Shown piece after piece: positions 1 through 13,440 of a DNA stretch of 64,000 nt. Where the stretch lies: positions 44,764,001-44,828,000 of the forward strand of contig OX597823.1 in the NCBI GenBank assembly GCA_951406725.2. Direction: 5' to 3'. Under the pieces are notes generated by a model. That model was not told the DNA's origin. It saw only the letters and a program-made list of their open reading frames with translations, and ran no database searches. Position 1 is the stretch's first letter; every line of letters starts with the position of its first letter. A program made the position numbers and the translations under genes. The DNA is from Octopus vulgaris. Lineage: Eukaryota.

Positions 1-929
1 AGTCATGAAAAGCATATAAAGAGCCCGACTGACAGGACTCTCTCTTTTTCACAGGTAGGAATGCTAGCTCTCCTTAATTTCACCGCCCTACACAAGATAT
101 CGCGATGCCTCTCACAGTAGGCACCACCAAACAATGACTACACACATTTAATCACTAGTACCAGAATGCCATAACATTACCCAAGCCTTTGTATATCGTG
201 CCACGAATCTCCACCAAAATAAAAATTATTATAATTATGTTTAGTGAGCGTTTATTTTTCATTTACACGCAGCCGACATCTGATCCTCACATTACCAACC
301 AAACAATGAATAGACATATATTCACTAAATGTCCATGAGCGAGACACTGTTTCACGTTGCTCCAGTCCACTTGTAGTGACAACTATGAGTAATATTTGTA
401 TTCCAAAGAACTTGTAATTGGAACCAGTATAAGACTTGCCATTGTCATTAATTTAATGTGAGTGTTCTGTGACAGCGTGTGAAAAGAAAGTCAAAAGGCA
501 AAGTATATATATAACATTTAAATTTATTTTTGAAGGGTAATAAGTACTCGCAAGAAGCTATAAGAATAATTTTTTAAACTCGTGTGTGAATGCTAAACAA
601 ACGGTGCAGATAGACATGAAGAAATTCGCATGACTTGCGATATATTTCATTTGGGTGGCTTACATGCCTCAGAATGAAAACAGATATAAATGAAATGTAT
701 TGCGAGGCGTTGGTAGTGTACACTGTAATAGTCGCAAATCAGAAAAGGTGATGTTGCTACTAGGACCGTCAATGCTACAACTCAATTAGCTATTTGAAAA
801 AGGCGCGTATACTGTTGGGCGGAAGTTGCTACATGTATCCTTCTACAGCCAGCTCCAATTGGACAAAGTGGCCATAGCACGGCTGTGCTATGCCACCATG
901 ACAAAATAATTCTTTTCTGTTACCTACAA

Positions 930-1081
930 ACCTGTCTTGTCACATTCTGTCTCTCCCTGGAAACTATGTTAATGGTATGAATGTCTGTGGAGTACCCAGC
1001 CACTTGCACGTTAATTTCATTAGCAGGCTGTTCCGCTGATCGAATCAACTGGAACTTATGTCGTAACCGACAGAGTGCCAG
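930..1081 (+). mobile_element. 3' part of a tRNA-derived SINE (family of 32908-33212)
   Basis: Shares cttgtcacattctg...gtctgtggag...agccacttg...gttaatttca...agagtgcca with 33050-33212. Confidence 0.7.
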
Positions 1082-1324
1082 TTTATTTTCTAAAGTCATC
1101 AAGTGAAACTTGAACTCCCACTTAATATTTTTTTTTAGGATAAATTCTACCCTACTACTAGCATTGACATCTCTTGACAGTAAATGTTTGGATACTATTC
1201 CTCAAATTCTTTTTAAAATATATTGTCATACATAATATTATTGTCATACTCAAACGTGAATATGCAAATCGCCGTTATGTTTCGTATTCGGAGGACTGCA
1301 TATATTAAATGAAGGTCTTCGTTT

Positions 1325-1540
1325 TAATTCTCGCTGTTTACCAGCCATATACGGTCTAAATATTCTACCCCCTTCATGTTCAAAATGGCCAGATCTGGTC
1401 TCTCATACCGACGCTACAGTCATTCTAAAAATAAACAATCATATCAAAATTCCCGAGTTACGAGATAACCCGATTAACTCAAAACAGATTGAATAATTAA
1501 GCATTACATTTGACAGAATAAGCTGAATGTTACAGAGATA
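1325..1540 (+). mobile_element. Degenerate copy of the TTAA-flanked ~210-bp MITE family
   Basis: Internal motifs atgttcaaa..ggccagatctgg, cattctaaaaataaacaatc and taagcattacatttgacagaataa match 18184-18383. Confidence 0.7.
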
Positions 1541-1762
1541 AAATAACTTTCTCCCAAATTATCGCTCCCGCTCATACATACATACATACGTGTGTAAATT
1601 CAAAGGCGTTTGAACCCAGACATTTAGATAACCTGTTGTAACCTGTTAGTCTTAATAGATTCATTTGATCGAAGTAAAATTGAAGGGAGATAATTCTAAG
1701 CTAATTCATACATCATTATGTATGAATTACTCCCCTTGGAAAATTGATTCCTTTTTTAAAAA

Positions 1763-1930
1763 AGGTTTCAAATTTTGGCACAAGGCTAGCAATATCGGGT
1801 GAGTTGGGCAAGTCGATTACATCGACCCCGACGAGATGAAAGGGAAAGTCAACCACAGCGGAATTTGAACTCAGAACATGAAGACGAACGAAATGCCGCT
1901 ACGCATTTTGCCAGCTAGCCTGACCGTCTT
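1763..1930 (-). mobile_element. tRNA-derived SINE with MetaSINE-like central domain
   Basis: Minus strand gagttcaaattccgc (B-box-like) followed by ctttcatc...ggggtcgat; same family at 22311, 22650 and 54787. Confidence 0.7.
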
Positions 1931-3279
1931 AAGATTTTCAAAATATTCATGAAAGATTTACATTGCGTATTTTGCGGCATAGTAGGGGTCGCATCGTGGA
2001 AGACATATCCTAATTTTTTTTTTTTTGCTTACCATAACTCCGTCCATAACGAATAGGCAAACCAGCAGTGTTCATGCTCGTCGTTGGGTAAAATCCCCAG
2101 GCAACAGCCACTTGCCTGGTGCACCACAACGGTATGCCACCGGGTATTACCGTAGTACACAACACAGTTTCTCAGTAGATGGTGCTGCCATTAGTAAACA
2201 AACAGCTCAGCAGTAAGGACAGTGAAGTCGTAGCAAAGTTTAAAAGACTATTTTATTATTTATTGAGTAATCGTATCTATATCAACGGATCTTTTCCTTT
2301 TGAACGGCAGTTTTCAAGGATTAGGGTCAGTGACAGGATGTTGTCTGTTTTAGACGCAGCAAATGATTTCAGCTGAATAGAGGCGATAGGGTTGGTTAAA
2401 ATTCGAAAAATTAAACTATGTTATCCATATCGGATCAACATTATTAGAATGTTTATGGCATATTTGCTAGATAATGACAGTCTTTGTAACGAACTAACTT
2501 CCGTGAACCCTAAGGAAAAAAAAAAAAAAAAAAAAGCATTGCAGCAATTTTTCAACTAACATCGTGGAAGACGCATATTTTCAAGTTTCCATTTTATTTA
2601 TGTATTTTATCGTTATTACAAAAAAGTATGTCTTCTATGCTGCAAAATATGGAATGGGGCATTCCAGTGAAATTCTACAAGGGTCCATGATGAAGGTTCT
2701 TAGATTTTCTTCAAATTTAAACCGTTTGTTAGTATTCACAAGAGGAATGATTCTTGTAAATTTCAGCACCATTTTAATTGTTTAAGCAACTTCCGAAATT
2801 TCTTTTATTTTTAGGAGCCCATCATTCCAAATAGGTTCGATACCATATCTTGGAAAGCAAGTTTCTTTAATTCCCACCATCTCAAATCTCTTGGACACTA
2901 AAGATCAATTTTTTTAAAAATTCAACCAATGAAGGAAAAATGCCAACCTAAAATTGCAAAAATCCATGTCTTGGGGACTATTTAAAAAAATTTAAAGTTT
3001 TGACAGCTATTACTTAATAACAACAGCTAGTGAGCACCCTTACATTCACTAATCTTACACTAAGGTCTGAAATCATAAAAGGACATATGAATTCACTTAT
3101 TCAAAAGCATGTTTTCTTGTGCAAAGGGTCCGGTAAAAAACAGGACAAAGTGAAAAAGCTAGAAAATTGGTTTTTTTTTTTCAAATTTGTTGAAACTATA
3201 TCAAACAATATATTCTGAAAATACACCTGGTAGCAAGTACAGAAATGTAGAAATATGGAATTTGTATCCTTGTGGTACC

Positions 3280-3896
3280 AGTGCCAGTGGCACATAAGAA
3301 AACCATCCGAACGGGACCGTAGCCAGTACCGCATCGACTGGCCTCCGTGCTGTGGGCACGTAACAAACACCGTCCGAGCGTGGCCGTCTGCCACCTGTGT
3401 CGGTGGCACATAAAAACACCATCCGAGCGTGGCCGTCTGCCAGCCTCGTCTGGCACCTGTGTCGGTGGCACATAAAAACACCATCTGAGCGTGGCCGTCT
3501 GCCAGCCTCGTCTGGCACCTGTGTCGGTGGCACATAAAAACACCATCCGAGCGTGGCCGTCTGCCAGCCTCGTCTGGCACCTGTGTCGGTGGCACATAAA
3601 AACACCATCCGAGCGTGGCCGTCTGCCAGCCTCGTCTGGCACTTGTGTCGGTGGCACATAAAAATACCATCCGAGCGTGGCCGTTCGCCAGCCTCGTCTG
3701 GCACCTGTGTCGGTGGCACATAAAATCACCCACTACACTCTCGGAGTGGTTGGCGTTAGGAAGGGCATCCAGCTGTAGAAACACTGCCAGATCTGACTGG
3801 CCTGGTGCAGCCTTCGGGCTCCCCAGACCCCAGTTGAACCGTCCAACCCATGCTAGCATGGAAAGCGGACGTTAAACGATGATGATGATGATGATG
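3280..3896 (+). mobile_element. SINE/LINE-tail-like retroelement with internal tandem array and (ATG)n tail
   Basis: Core GGTTGGCGTTAGGAAGGGCATCCAGCTGTAGAAA and tail CATGGAAAGCGGACGTTAAACG(ATG)n; related copies at 6395, 13095, 29095, 50985, 59266 and 60684. Confidence 0.8.
3411..3720. repeat. 62-bp tandem repeat, 5 near-identical units plus degenerate upstream units
   Basis: Unit taaaaacaccatccgagcgtggccgtctgccagcctcgtctggcacctgtgtcggtggcaca starts at 3411, 3473, 3535, 3597 and 3659. Confidence 0.95.
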
Positions 3897-4213
3897 GCAT
3901 ATAAAACTACACTAAATATCAATTGTCATCCCTGAAAATGGCTCAAAATGGAATTCCCATTTTGGTGGGTCACTCAGAGCCGTAGAAACGAATGTGCAAC
4001 AATCAGGAAAACTTGCAAACCAGTAAATCTTTGGATGTTGGCCTCTTGATTACACAACAATGTGATTGGCAAATGGAGCCTCATACTTTTAAAATATCTT
4101 TATAGATTCATGGGTGTCAAAAAAGAAGAATTTTATTAATCCCATATTGATAGGGACAATCAGAAAAAATTTCTGAAGAAAATTTAATAAAACTATCAGA
4201 AGTCAGAAACTCC

Positions 4214-5543
4214 GTTGTTAATTCAGTCCGGGCCAAAGCTGGGGGGATTTTTTTCCTGGACGCTCCTGGGGGCACTGGGAAAACTTTTGTCAACAAATTA
4301 ATATTGGTTAAGATTAGGCGAACACAAGGCATTGCCCTAGCTGTGGCATCATCTGGAATTGCGGCTACTTTGTTGCCAGGCGGCAGGACAGCTCACTCCA
4401 CTTTCAAGCTCCCACTTGACTTAGCGAAGACTGAGACACCAACTTGCAACATCAGTAACAGCTCCGATCAGGCAGAAGTCTTCAGACGATGCAAGCTTAT
4501 CGTTTGGGATGAATGCACAAAGGCCCACAGAGGTGCTCTTGAGGCACTAGATAGATCTCTCAGAGACATCAAACACTCTTCAGCTCCCATGGGAGGATAA
4601 CACTTCTTCTTTCAGGGGACTTCCGACAAACACTTCCCGTTATTCCCAAAGGGACTACAGCTGATGCAGTAAGTGCGTGTCTTAAGTCATCCACATTGTG
4701 GCCACTGGTGAAGACTCTCAAACTTCACACCAATATGCGTGCTCATATGCGACGTGATATCACATCAGCAGCATTTTCTCACACACTCCTTGCACTTGGC
4801 GAAGGCAAAATACCAGGGGATGAAAATGGTAATATTGCCATCGATTCCATTTGTACCATAGTTAAAATGCCTTCTGATCTCAGAGATGCAGTGTTCCCAG
4901 ATCTACAAGCTAATTATCAGAATATGGATTGGATTGGCTGAAGGGCTATTCTGGCCCCGAGGAATAAAACTGTTCACCATATTAATGATGAAATGCTAAA
5001 ACTCATTCCTGGGGATGTCTATGTATATAAGTCTAGCGATACAACTCCTGACCCAGAGGACGTCATCAACTATCCAACAGAGGTACTCAATTCTTTTGAG
5101 CCCCCGGACTACCACCACACATTCTCAAACTTAAAGTTGGTGCCCCTATAATGCTCATTAGAAATTTGGTTCCCCCCAAACAATGCAATGGCACACGTTT
5201 GATCGTTAAGTCCTTATCTCCCAATCTGATTGAGGCCACCATTATCACAGGGTGCGGTCGAGGCAACATTGTGCTCATACCTAGGATGCATCTTTTCCCA
5301 TCAGGAGCAGACCTACCTTTCATATTTCGGAGGTCCCAGTTCCCAGTAAGGCCATGTTTCGCAATGTCAATTAACAAAGCGCAGGGTCAAACACTGTCTG
5401 TGGCGGGAATACATTTGAGAGAGCCATGTTTCTCTCATGGTCAGCTTTATGTTGCCTGCTCGCATGTCGGCAGCAACAGTGATGCTTTCACATTCATTCC
5501 ACAACGAAAAACAAAAAACATTGAGTACAAGGAGCTTTTATAG
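4214..5543 (+). pseudogene. Helitron RepHel PIF1-family helicase domain, degraded
   Basis: Walker A DAPGGTGKT; AVASSGIAATLLPGGRTAHS; IVWDE; GDFRQ; [12 protein letters not shown]; CNGTRL; [13 protein letters not shown]; FSHGQLYVA. Frameshifts near 4596 and 5103, in-frame TGA at 4939-4941. Confidence 0.93.
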
Positions 5544-6377
5544 GATTACTACGTTTCATCATTTTCGAACACGTTGGTATTTCACTTACATACGACTCTT
5601 TTATAATGGCATTTACATTTTTAGGCGTTTCATGACATTAATTCATACTTAACCAACACCTGTCCTTCGCTCACCTCTATTTCTATCCATTCATCATCAA
5701 ACCACCAGCCTCATCTTCTATATCCAACGTACATGACACATCTACCCCCTACATCTACACTCTCACTGTTAAAGTTTACATAAGTGACAACACGATCGCA
5801 ACATACACTTTGGAAACTAAGCAACAGATCATTTTATACAACAACAAATTTAATCATAACGCCCATCAATGTAAACATCTCCACCACTGTATTGTGATTC
5901 ATCTATTCAGCACCACTACAGTCTTGCCGGTCTGACATATGGTGAGTAGATGCTATTGTTCTACATTTTATAAATTACCCATATTTACTTACCCATGCTT
6001 CATTCCCCTCTTGCCTACATAGGGCATCCATTCTCTTTTAACACAGCATGAAGTTTTGTAACAGCACATCCGCTGCCGTTCGTGGAAAACGAAGAGACGC
6101 TATTCACCTGCGAACGTTTTACACCACCTTCCATGACTATCAAATTCTTACAATTATGAGAACAATAACATGGCTCTTGGCAACCTCGCATTCAATTCTT
6201 ACACCATTCTACAAGGGGTTAGGAACCCCTTTTCACGGCTTTCTATACACTTACAAATACATTCATTCGCCGTAAACTTATATCAATATTTGCCTGAATC
6301 ATCATCATAATTCAGTGCAATCATTAACAGTACTTTCAAGCAATTCAGCCCCGAGCATTGCTGGGCAATTCTGCTTG
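4214..6377 (+). mobile_element. 5'-truncated Helitron including 3' terminus
   Basis: Helicase remnant followed by ~800 bp non-coding DNA, then subterminal hairpin CCCGAGCATTGCTGGG (6350-6365) and CTTG|T (6374-6377), a variant of the CTRR|T end. Confidence 0.7.
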
Positions 6378-6394
6378 TATACATATATATATAT

Positions 6395-6745
6395 CGTTTA
6401 ACGTCCATTTTCCATGCTAGCATGGGTTGGACGGTTCGACTGGGGTCTGGGGAGCCAGGAGGCTGTACCAGGCACCAGTCTGATCTGGCAGTGTTTCTAC
6501 AGCTGGGTGCCCTTCCTGACGCCAACCACTCCATGAGTGTAGTGGATGCTTTTTACGTGTCACCGGCACAGGTGCCAGGGGAGGCTGGAAACTTCCACGA
6601 TCGGCTGGTGGTTTTTACGTGCCATGGACATGGAAGCCAGTCAAGGCGGCACTGGCATCAGCCATGTACGGATGGTGGTTTTTGCGTGCCAGGATTGGCT
6701 GGCAACAGCCACGAACGGTTGGTGCTTTTTACATGCCACTGGCAT
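6395..6745 (-). mobile_element. Same retroelement family as 3280-3896, opposite orientation
   Basis: cgtttaacgtccattttccatgctagcatgggttggacggttc...cccttcctgacgccaaccactc is the reverse complement of the 3730-3880 segment; carries diverged internal units. Confidence 0.85.
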
Positions 6746-6838
6746 ATATATATATATATATATATATTTACAGTATATGTACATGTTTATGAAAACAAAA
6801 GACAAAAATCAGCTACAATCATGATTCATTTTGCCAGT

Positions 6839-6844
6839 TTTATT
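6839..6844 (-). promoter_or_regulatory. Probable distal polyadenylation signal (AATAAA) of WDR47
   Basis: AATAAA on the minus strand followed ~30 nt downstream by U/GU-rich GATTTTTGTCTTTTGTTTTC; other AATAAA at 7789-7794 and 8756-8761. Confidence 0.5.
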
Positions 6845-7129
6845 CAAGAAAAGAATTTTTTAAAAAAATCATTCAATATTAAGACCGGACAATTATAGAA
6901 ATCACTGAAACAATTCAACATTAATAATTACAATAATTACATTGATGATAATAATAATTACAATAATTATAATAATATTAAAAATAATTATTATAATAAA
7001 GATAACATCTTACATGAACACAAAATCCTCAGGCAAGTAGAGATGGCCTGCCAGAGGAGGAGACAACTCTTACCTGACTCACAACTCCGGAGCCAGCAAT
7101 ATTGTCTCAATTGGTCATTGCATCTTCCC

Positions 7130-7163
<34 letters not shown>

Positions 7164-7326
7164 CTTAGAAAAACAAAAATATTTTAAACGTATGAATAAT
7201 AATTTAATTACAAAAAATAAAAATAATAAATAGAGGTAAATGATATTCACAGGAAATGTCTCAAAACAATAATTTTTCAATTGGATTTACTTGATATTGA
7301 AATGCCAAACCACTTTTGTTTTTGTT

Positions 7327-7331
<5 letters not shown>

Positions 7332-7373
<42 letters not shown>
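7332..7373. repeat. (TG)n microsatellite in the putative WDR47 3' UTR
   Basis: Seen directly; further (CA)n/(TG)n/(TA)n tracts at 7544, 8109, 8279 and 8643. Confidence 0.95.
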
Positions 7374-7375
<2 letters not shown>

Positions 7376-8868
7376 ATTTAGGTGTATAAATGAAAGAAAA
7401 AGTACTCAGTACATTATGTAGAATCTATTCCTTTATCTGAAGTCAATATTTTTGCCATATTTCCGATGGTGAGCTTGAGAAACACGATAGTAATGAGAAA
7501 TTTGGAGCAGCAACAGAGTACAAATCTCAGGTTTCAAATAAGTACACACACACACACACACGTGCGTGCGTGTGTGTGCACTAATGCATACACACGACCA
7601 AAAACGCATAGCGTGAGTCAGGGAGAAAAAGGTGGGGTGGGAGAGAAAAATTTATATATACATATATAAAAAAAAAAAAATTTAATTTAATAAAAATATA
7701 GGAATTAAAAAGGAGGTATGGAGGTGGGGAATTGCAGTGGTTAAGATGGGAGTTCGTCTTAAGTTTAAAAAAAACAAACTACTTTGCATTTATTCAAAAT
7801 TACTTTGATTTCTTTTTGTTGTTGTTTGGATGACAAACAAACAAACAAACCTCTACCTGCGTCTAGCTGTGTAACACACGGAAATTTGTAAAACACCTCG
7901 AGAGGACACACTAAGCACAGAAATACATTTATGTGTCAGGATGATTCCTGGAAAAGCTGAGACAGGAAAAGGTAAACACTGTTTGGCTAAGGAAGGCAAT
8001 AGGAAGTATGGAGGGTTGCATGCAAACACATACACAGACCTGTTTGAATTAATGTATGCTTGTATACATACATGTATATATGTATTTGTGAGTGAGTGTG
8101 TGTGTATTTATATATATATATATATATATACACATGTGTGTGTGTATGTTTCTTTAGATACATGAATGCCTGCATGCTTTTGATGCATTTCATCATCACC
8201 GTTTAACATCTGCCTTCTATATGTGTGTGTGGGAGGGCATGCAGGCACTTGCTTTTTGAGACAATGTGTTTATGTATGTGTGTGTGTGTGTGTGTGTGTG
8301 TGCACATGTACATATTTATATGTATGTAAAGCAAACGAAAACACACACATGCAATGATTGAAGTAGGAATGGCAAGGTGAAGTAATTGTCAGCACCACCA
8401 ATATCCAAATTGCTTTCAATGTTAATCTCCCTTCACCCAGCATCCTCTGAAAACCCCTCCCACAAACAATCCCAGCCAAGAATAACACATGCCTGCTGAG
8501 TAACAGACCATCCAGGGAGTTATTTCATCAGGCAATGTATTCTTGGACAAATGGTTGTTTGTCAGTTGTGGCAAAACTGGAACTTTTACAAGTCACATGG
8601 CAACCACTCACATAACATATACGTATGTGTGCATATACATTTGTGTGTGTGTCTGTGTGTGTGTGTGTGAGTGAGTGTACGTGCATATATTCATGTGTAA
8701 TCTGTTAAATAATGACATGATTAGGTTGAACAGGATTTGGCCATGCTGTAGCTTGTTTATTTAAAGTCTGTATATTTAGCAGCCCCTTCCTCACCCTTTT
8801 TTGTACCAACAGCCATGATGACCAACAATCTCTGCATTCCGAAAGTTCAAATGCCAGTTGTACTTAAT

Positions 8869-9093
<225 letters not shown>

Positions 9094-10278
9094 TTATTTT
9101 CTTTTTACAGAACTTAGTCAGAAGTGAAAGACAGCTTCATTGAACTTAATCAAGGTCCCTGAGACTGATGTGAGAATGTTATCTTCAGATCAGACGTCTG
9201 ACTGAAATGTTCCTCTTTAATAAAAGCACCCGAGTAGGAGTTAAACTGGGGGTTAGCCTAAGTCTACAACCTATGAGGAACAATTCTGCTGACAGGTTTC
9301 TGTATGGATTCTGTTAAGCAAATTTCAGTCACAAACCATCACTTAACCTGAGGTTATGATAGAAGATATTTGTCTAAAATGCCATATTTCATTCATTCCT
9401 TACTTTAATGTCTCTTTTTCCATGCTAGCTATTTCTATTTACCATCATTCTGAGTATGGTCATTTCTCTGCTGCTAATGCATAAGCTATACTCTAGAGGA
9501 GGGGTTGGGGAATTTTTTAACCAATTACCCCAAAGTATATTTATTTACACTGATGTTACCCCCCCTTGATTTCAAAGGAAGAAAATCATGGATTCTTTGG
9601 ATTCAAAAGGTTCATTGAATCTATTCATATGGAGAATACAATTCTAAATATAAAAATTATAAAACAAATGCAATAAAATAAATTACTATCCTCATTATGA
9701 AACAAAAGGATTTTTCTAGAAACTTTTTCACTTCAGGTTTTGGAAAAATGATAGTTTCATTTTAGTTACAATTACATCAAAATTGGGGCACTATAATGCC
9801 AGAGCAATTTGGATACAATCTTCGGGGTCCAATCAATTGCTTTATTTTTATGTTCATTCAAGTGAAAAATCCTTGTTTACCAGCAACTTTTTGACTGTCT
9901 CCTCATGCCAGAAGAAAAAATTTTGTTCTAACAAGGAACACTTCGTTTTATATAATTTTACTTATGTCATTACCCACAATAATTTCATTTTTACCCCACT
10001 TGGGGTAATTTATCCCGGTTTGCCAACCCCTGCTCAAGAGCCCTTTACAGGTTTGTTTGCTTTGCAAGCAAAGAAAAGACCCATAGTTTTTGCTGTAAAT
10101 TTAACAGAATAAAGTGGGCAGATGGTAGCACCCACCATGAAGCTCTCTAAATGATACATTGTGTTCAAATGAAATCTTCACATGCTTTTAATGCATGTCT
10201 ACCTTAATAAGCAAAGAAACTAAGGAGCAAGGTGAAAGGCAAGTGATGCAGAGAAGTTGGTCGGAGATGGGGGTGTTA

Positions 10279-10647
<369 letters not shown>

Positions 10648-10779
10648 TCAAGGTAATCTTTTATTGGGTGTACCATGCAGATAGATCAGCAGGCCACAGG
10701 TGGCTCATCACTGATCAAGAGAGAACAATTACATTTTGCAGTTGCTTCATTTTATCACATTTAATTATGACAATTTTAA

Positions 10780-11000
10780 CCCTTTAGCATTTAAACTGAT
10801 CATATCTGGCCATAATATTCAACCTGTTTAATGTTCAAACTGACCAGATCTGGCCTCTATCACCTATCCCACAATGTCATTCTAAAAACAAGCAATCACA
10901 TCACTGAAGTCTTAACGCTAAATGGTAATGCATGATTAATTTAAAAACAATGTGAATAAATAAGCATAACATTTGACAAAGTGATCTGATTGCTAAAGAG
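10780..11000 (+). mobile_element. TTAA-flanked MITE (piggyBac-like CCCT termini)
   Basis: ttaa|ccctttagcatt ... ttgctaaagag|ttca; internal similarity to other copies. Confidence 0.8.
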
Positions 11001-11368
11001 TTCAACTTTACAACAAAGTTGTGAAATGATGGCTGATCCCCCAGGACAATGCCTCTTCTATTTTGTCTGCTGAGGCCATGAGGCAGTCTGACTTAAATGA
11101 AATTGTACATTCTACTTCTTAAATACTCAAATCCATGCAATAATTTCTTATTTTAATTGTATCTCTGAGCATCCTAACTTGATTCTGAAATTCCTAACTC
11201 ACATTCCGCCTTATTATTTAGAAGCCAATCATTTATTTGCTTCAGTCATTTTGACTGCAGCCATGCTGGAGCACTGCCTTGAATAGTTTTTAGTTGAACA
11301 AATCAACCCCAGCTGTCAAACAGTGAAGGGTGGGGACAAGCATGAAGACCCACAAACAGATATATACG

Positions 11369-11520
11369 ACAGGCTTCTTTTCAGTTTCCATCAACCAAAT
11401 CCACTCACAAGGCTTTGGTTAGCCTGAGGCTATAGTAGAAGACACTTGCCCAAGGTTCCACAGAGTGGGACTGAACCCAGAACCATGTGGCTGGGAAGCA
11501 AGCTTATCATACAGCCACAT
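11369..11520 (-). mobile_element. CORE-like tRNA SINE
   Basis: gacacttgcccaagg (CORE/MIR-like) and gggactgaaccc (reverse B box); copies at 24611, 28680, 61630 and 63485. Confidence 0.7.
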
Positions 11521-12812
11521 CTTTTTTTTTTTTTTTGTCTTTTAACCTGACATCCTAGTTCTCAGTGAGTGAAATTATTATCAAAACTGATGGAACTGAT
11601 CATTTTGAGGATGTTTTTGCTGCACAGCCTGAAGAAATGTCAGACTAATTCCACAGTGAACGTAATTTGTACAATCAGGATAAATCTGTTCTTTTGTGCT
11701 ATACACCAAAAAAAAAAAAAAAACCATAATAATAATAATAATAACAATAATAATATACCCAGTGTTCTAAAATAAAACTGTATCAATAATAACAAAAAGA
11801 TTATATTTTGAAGTATTGCCTAAAAGTTACAAGTTGTTTTGCCTCAGGTTGGCTCAGTTCTAGAAGACCAATGATCAAAAGAGTTTCTATTCGGACCATA
11901 CTGTTTTCTATATCAGGACCAACATTCTAGGTGTGATTTGAGGGAGATTTAACCACTATTTTTAGCAGGTTGAGTGACACACAGAAGTTTCTTGGATTGG
12001 TGATGGTTGTATCGTTTGTGGCAGTATTGGTGTTGATGGTTGTTGTCCCACTGTTGGTGAGAGAGATGACTGAGTGGGAGGTGATAATGGCTCTCTGGTT
12101 TCTGATGACAGTGGTGATAACAGATGTGATGGTGCAGGTATTGATAGTGGTTGGTTTTTACACTGCTACTGTTGTTGTATGAGGTAATAGTAATGATGAT
12201 GATGATAGTGAAATGCATTAGCAATCTAACTTCATCCTTATTGCACCTGAAGAATTCAGCCTCATGTGTTGCAAACTTTCAACATTTATCCCACCAAACA
12301 AGGGCATTCTTGTTGCTACACCATTACTACCACTAATACAGGTGCAAGGAAGCAAATTCATTCATTTAGAGTGGAGTCTTCCTTCTATTATTTCTTTGAA
12401 TATATGAGAGTGTGGAAGTGGGTATTTATTTATGAACAAGTGCAAGGTGTGTTTATGGAAACATGGGTGTATTTGTATGTGTGCATGTAATCATGACTGA
12501 GTGGCTGATGGTATGGAGGTTCAATCTCCAGTTAAGCTATTTCAAGACACTCCTCACCTGGAGTGAAGGATGATTCCATGTAAGCTGATTTCCTTTCGGC
12601 ACATTACTTGAAGAAATGAGTTGAGAATCTTTGATGATGACTAAATGACTTCTTAAGGATTATGGAGTATTTCCATCTTCACTTAGTTCTTAGAACTGGA
12701 TGTCTTTTAGAGATGCTGAACTAATTTTTTTTTTATCAGGCTGAGAAATCAATAGCATTGCCACACCATTTCATCCCTCAAAATATGCATGGCATTAAAG
12801 AGAGAAACTTAC

Positions 12813-12938
12813 CTGGTTCTATACTAGGTACACACGTGATTGCAGTAGAAGCTCGTAGATCCCAGAATCTTGCTGTTTTGTCTTGAGAGCCACTCACGAA
12901 CATATGTCCACTTAACTGACATAAGGAATATATATGAC
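12813..12938 (-). CDS. WDR47: WDR47 WD40 exon
   Basis: ttttaaag|GT ... CCAG|gtaagt, phase 1-1, 126 nt; HIYSLCQLSGHMFVSGSQDKTARFWDLR. Confidence 0.95.
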
Positions 12939-13094
12939 CTTTAAAAAAAACAATAGAAATTGTTATTAATTTAGGCACAACTTTAAGGGCAGAAAGTACT
13001 TTATTTTATTGACCTTACAGGGATAAAAGGTAAATCTAATCTTTGCAACATTTAAAGAGCTGAAAGAAATAGCACATAGAATTTTCAACAACAC

Positions 13095-13440
13095 CACTGT
13101 CATTATTTAATGTCCATGTTCCATGCTGGCATGGGTTGGATGGTTTGACAGGATCCAATGAGTCCAAGGACTGCATATCATGTTCCAGTGTTTGTTTTGG
13201 CATAGTTTCTATGGGTGAATGCCATTCTTAATGCCAGTGACATTACAGTATGTAGAGGGTGCTCCTTTTTGTGCATCTGGCACTAGTGAGGTTGCCAAGC
13301 AATTTGCAAGGCTATGAACCCCAAAGGGGGAGGGTGTTGGCTTTATGTAAGGAGAAGAGAGGTTAAAGTATGAGAAAAAAAGGCAGAGCAGGTCCCTTGC
13401 AGTCAAGGAGCTACATGATGCCTTACATTTAGAAAAGACA
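13095..13440 (-). mobile_element. (ATG)n-tailed retroelement copy
   Basis: ccatgctggcatgggttggatggtttgacagg...gccattcttaatgcc matches the family at 3280 and 6395. Confidence 0.7.

Noticed and set aside
3101-3875. Long overlapping ORFs (172-252 aa) and a CRISPR-like periodicity
   Set aside because: They are by-products of the stop-poor 62-bp tandem repeat. The units are contiguous with no unique spacers, there are no cas genes, and the context is eukaryotic.
11949-12336. Hydrophobic, TM-like and His-rich ORFs
   Set aside because: Degenerate (GTG/GAT)n low-complexity intron sequence; no convincing splice sites or homology
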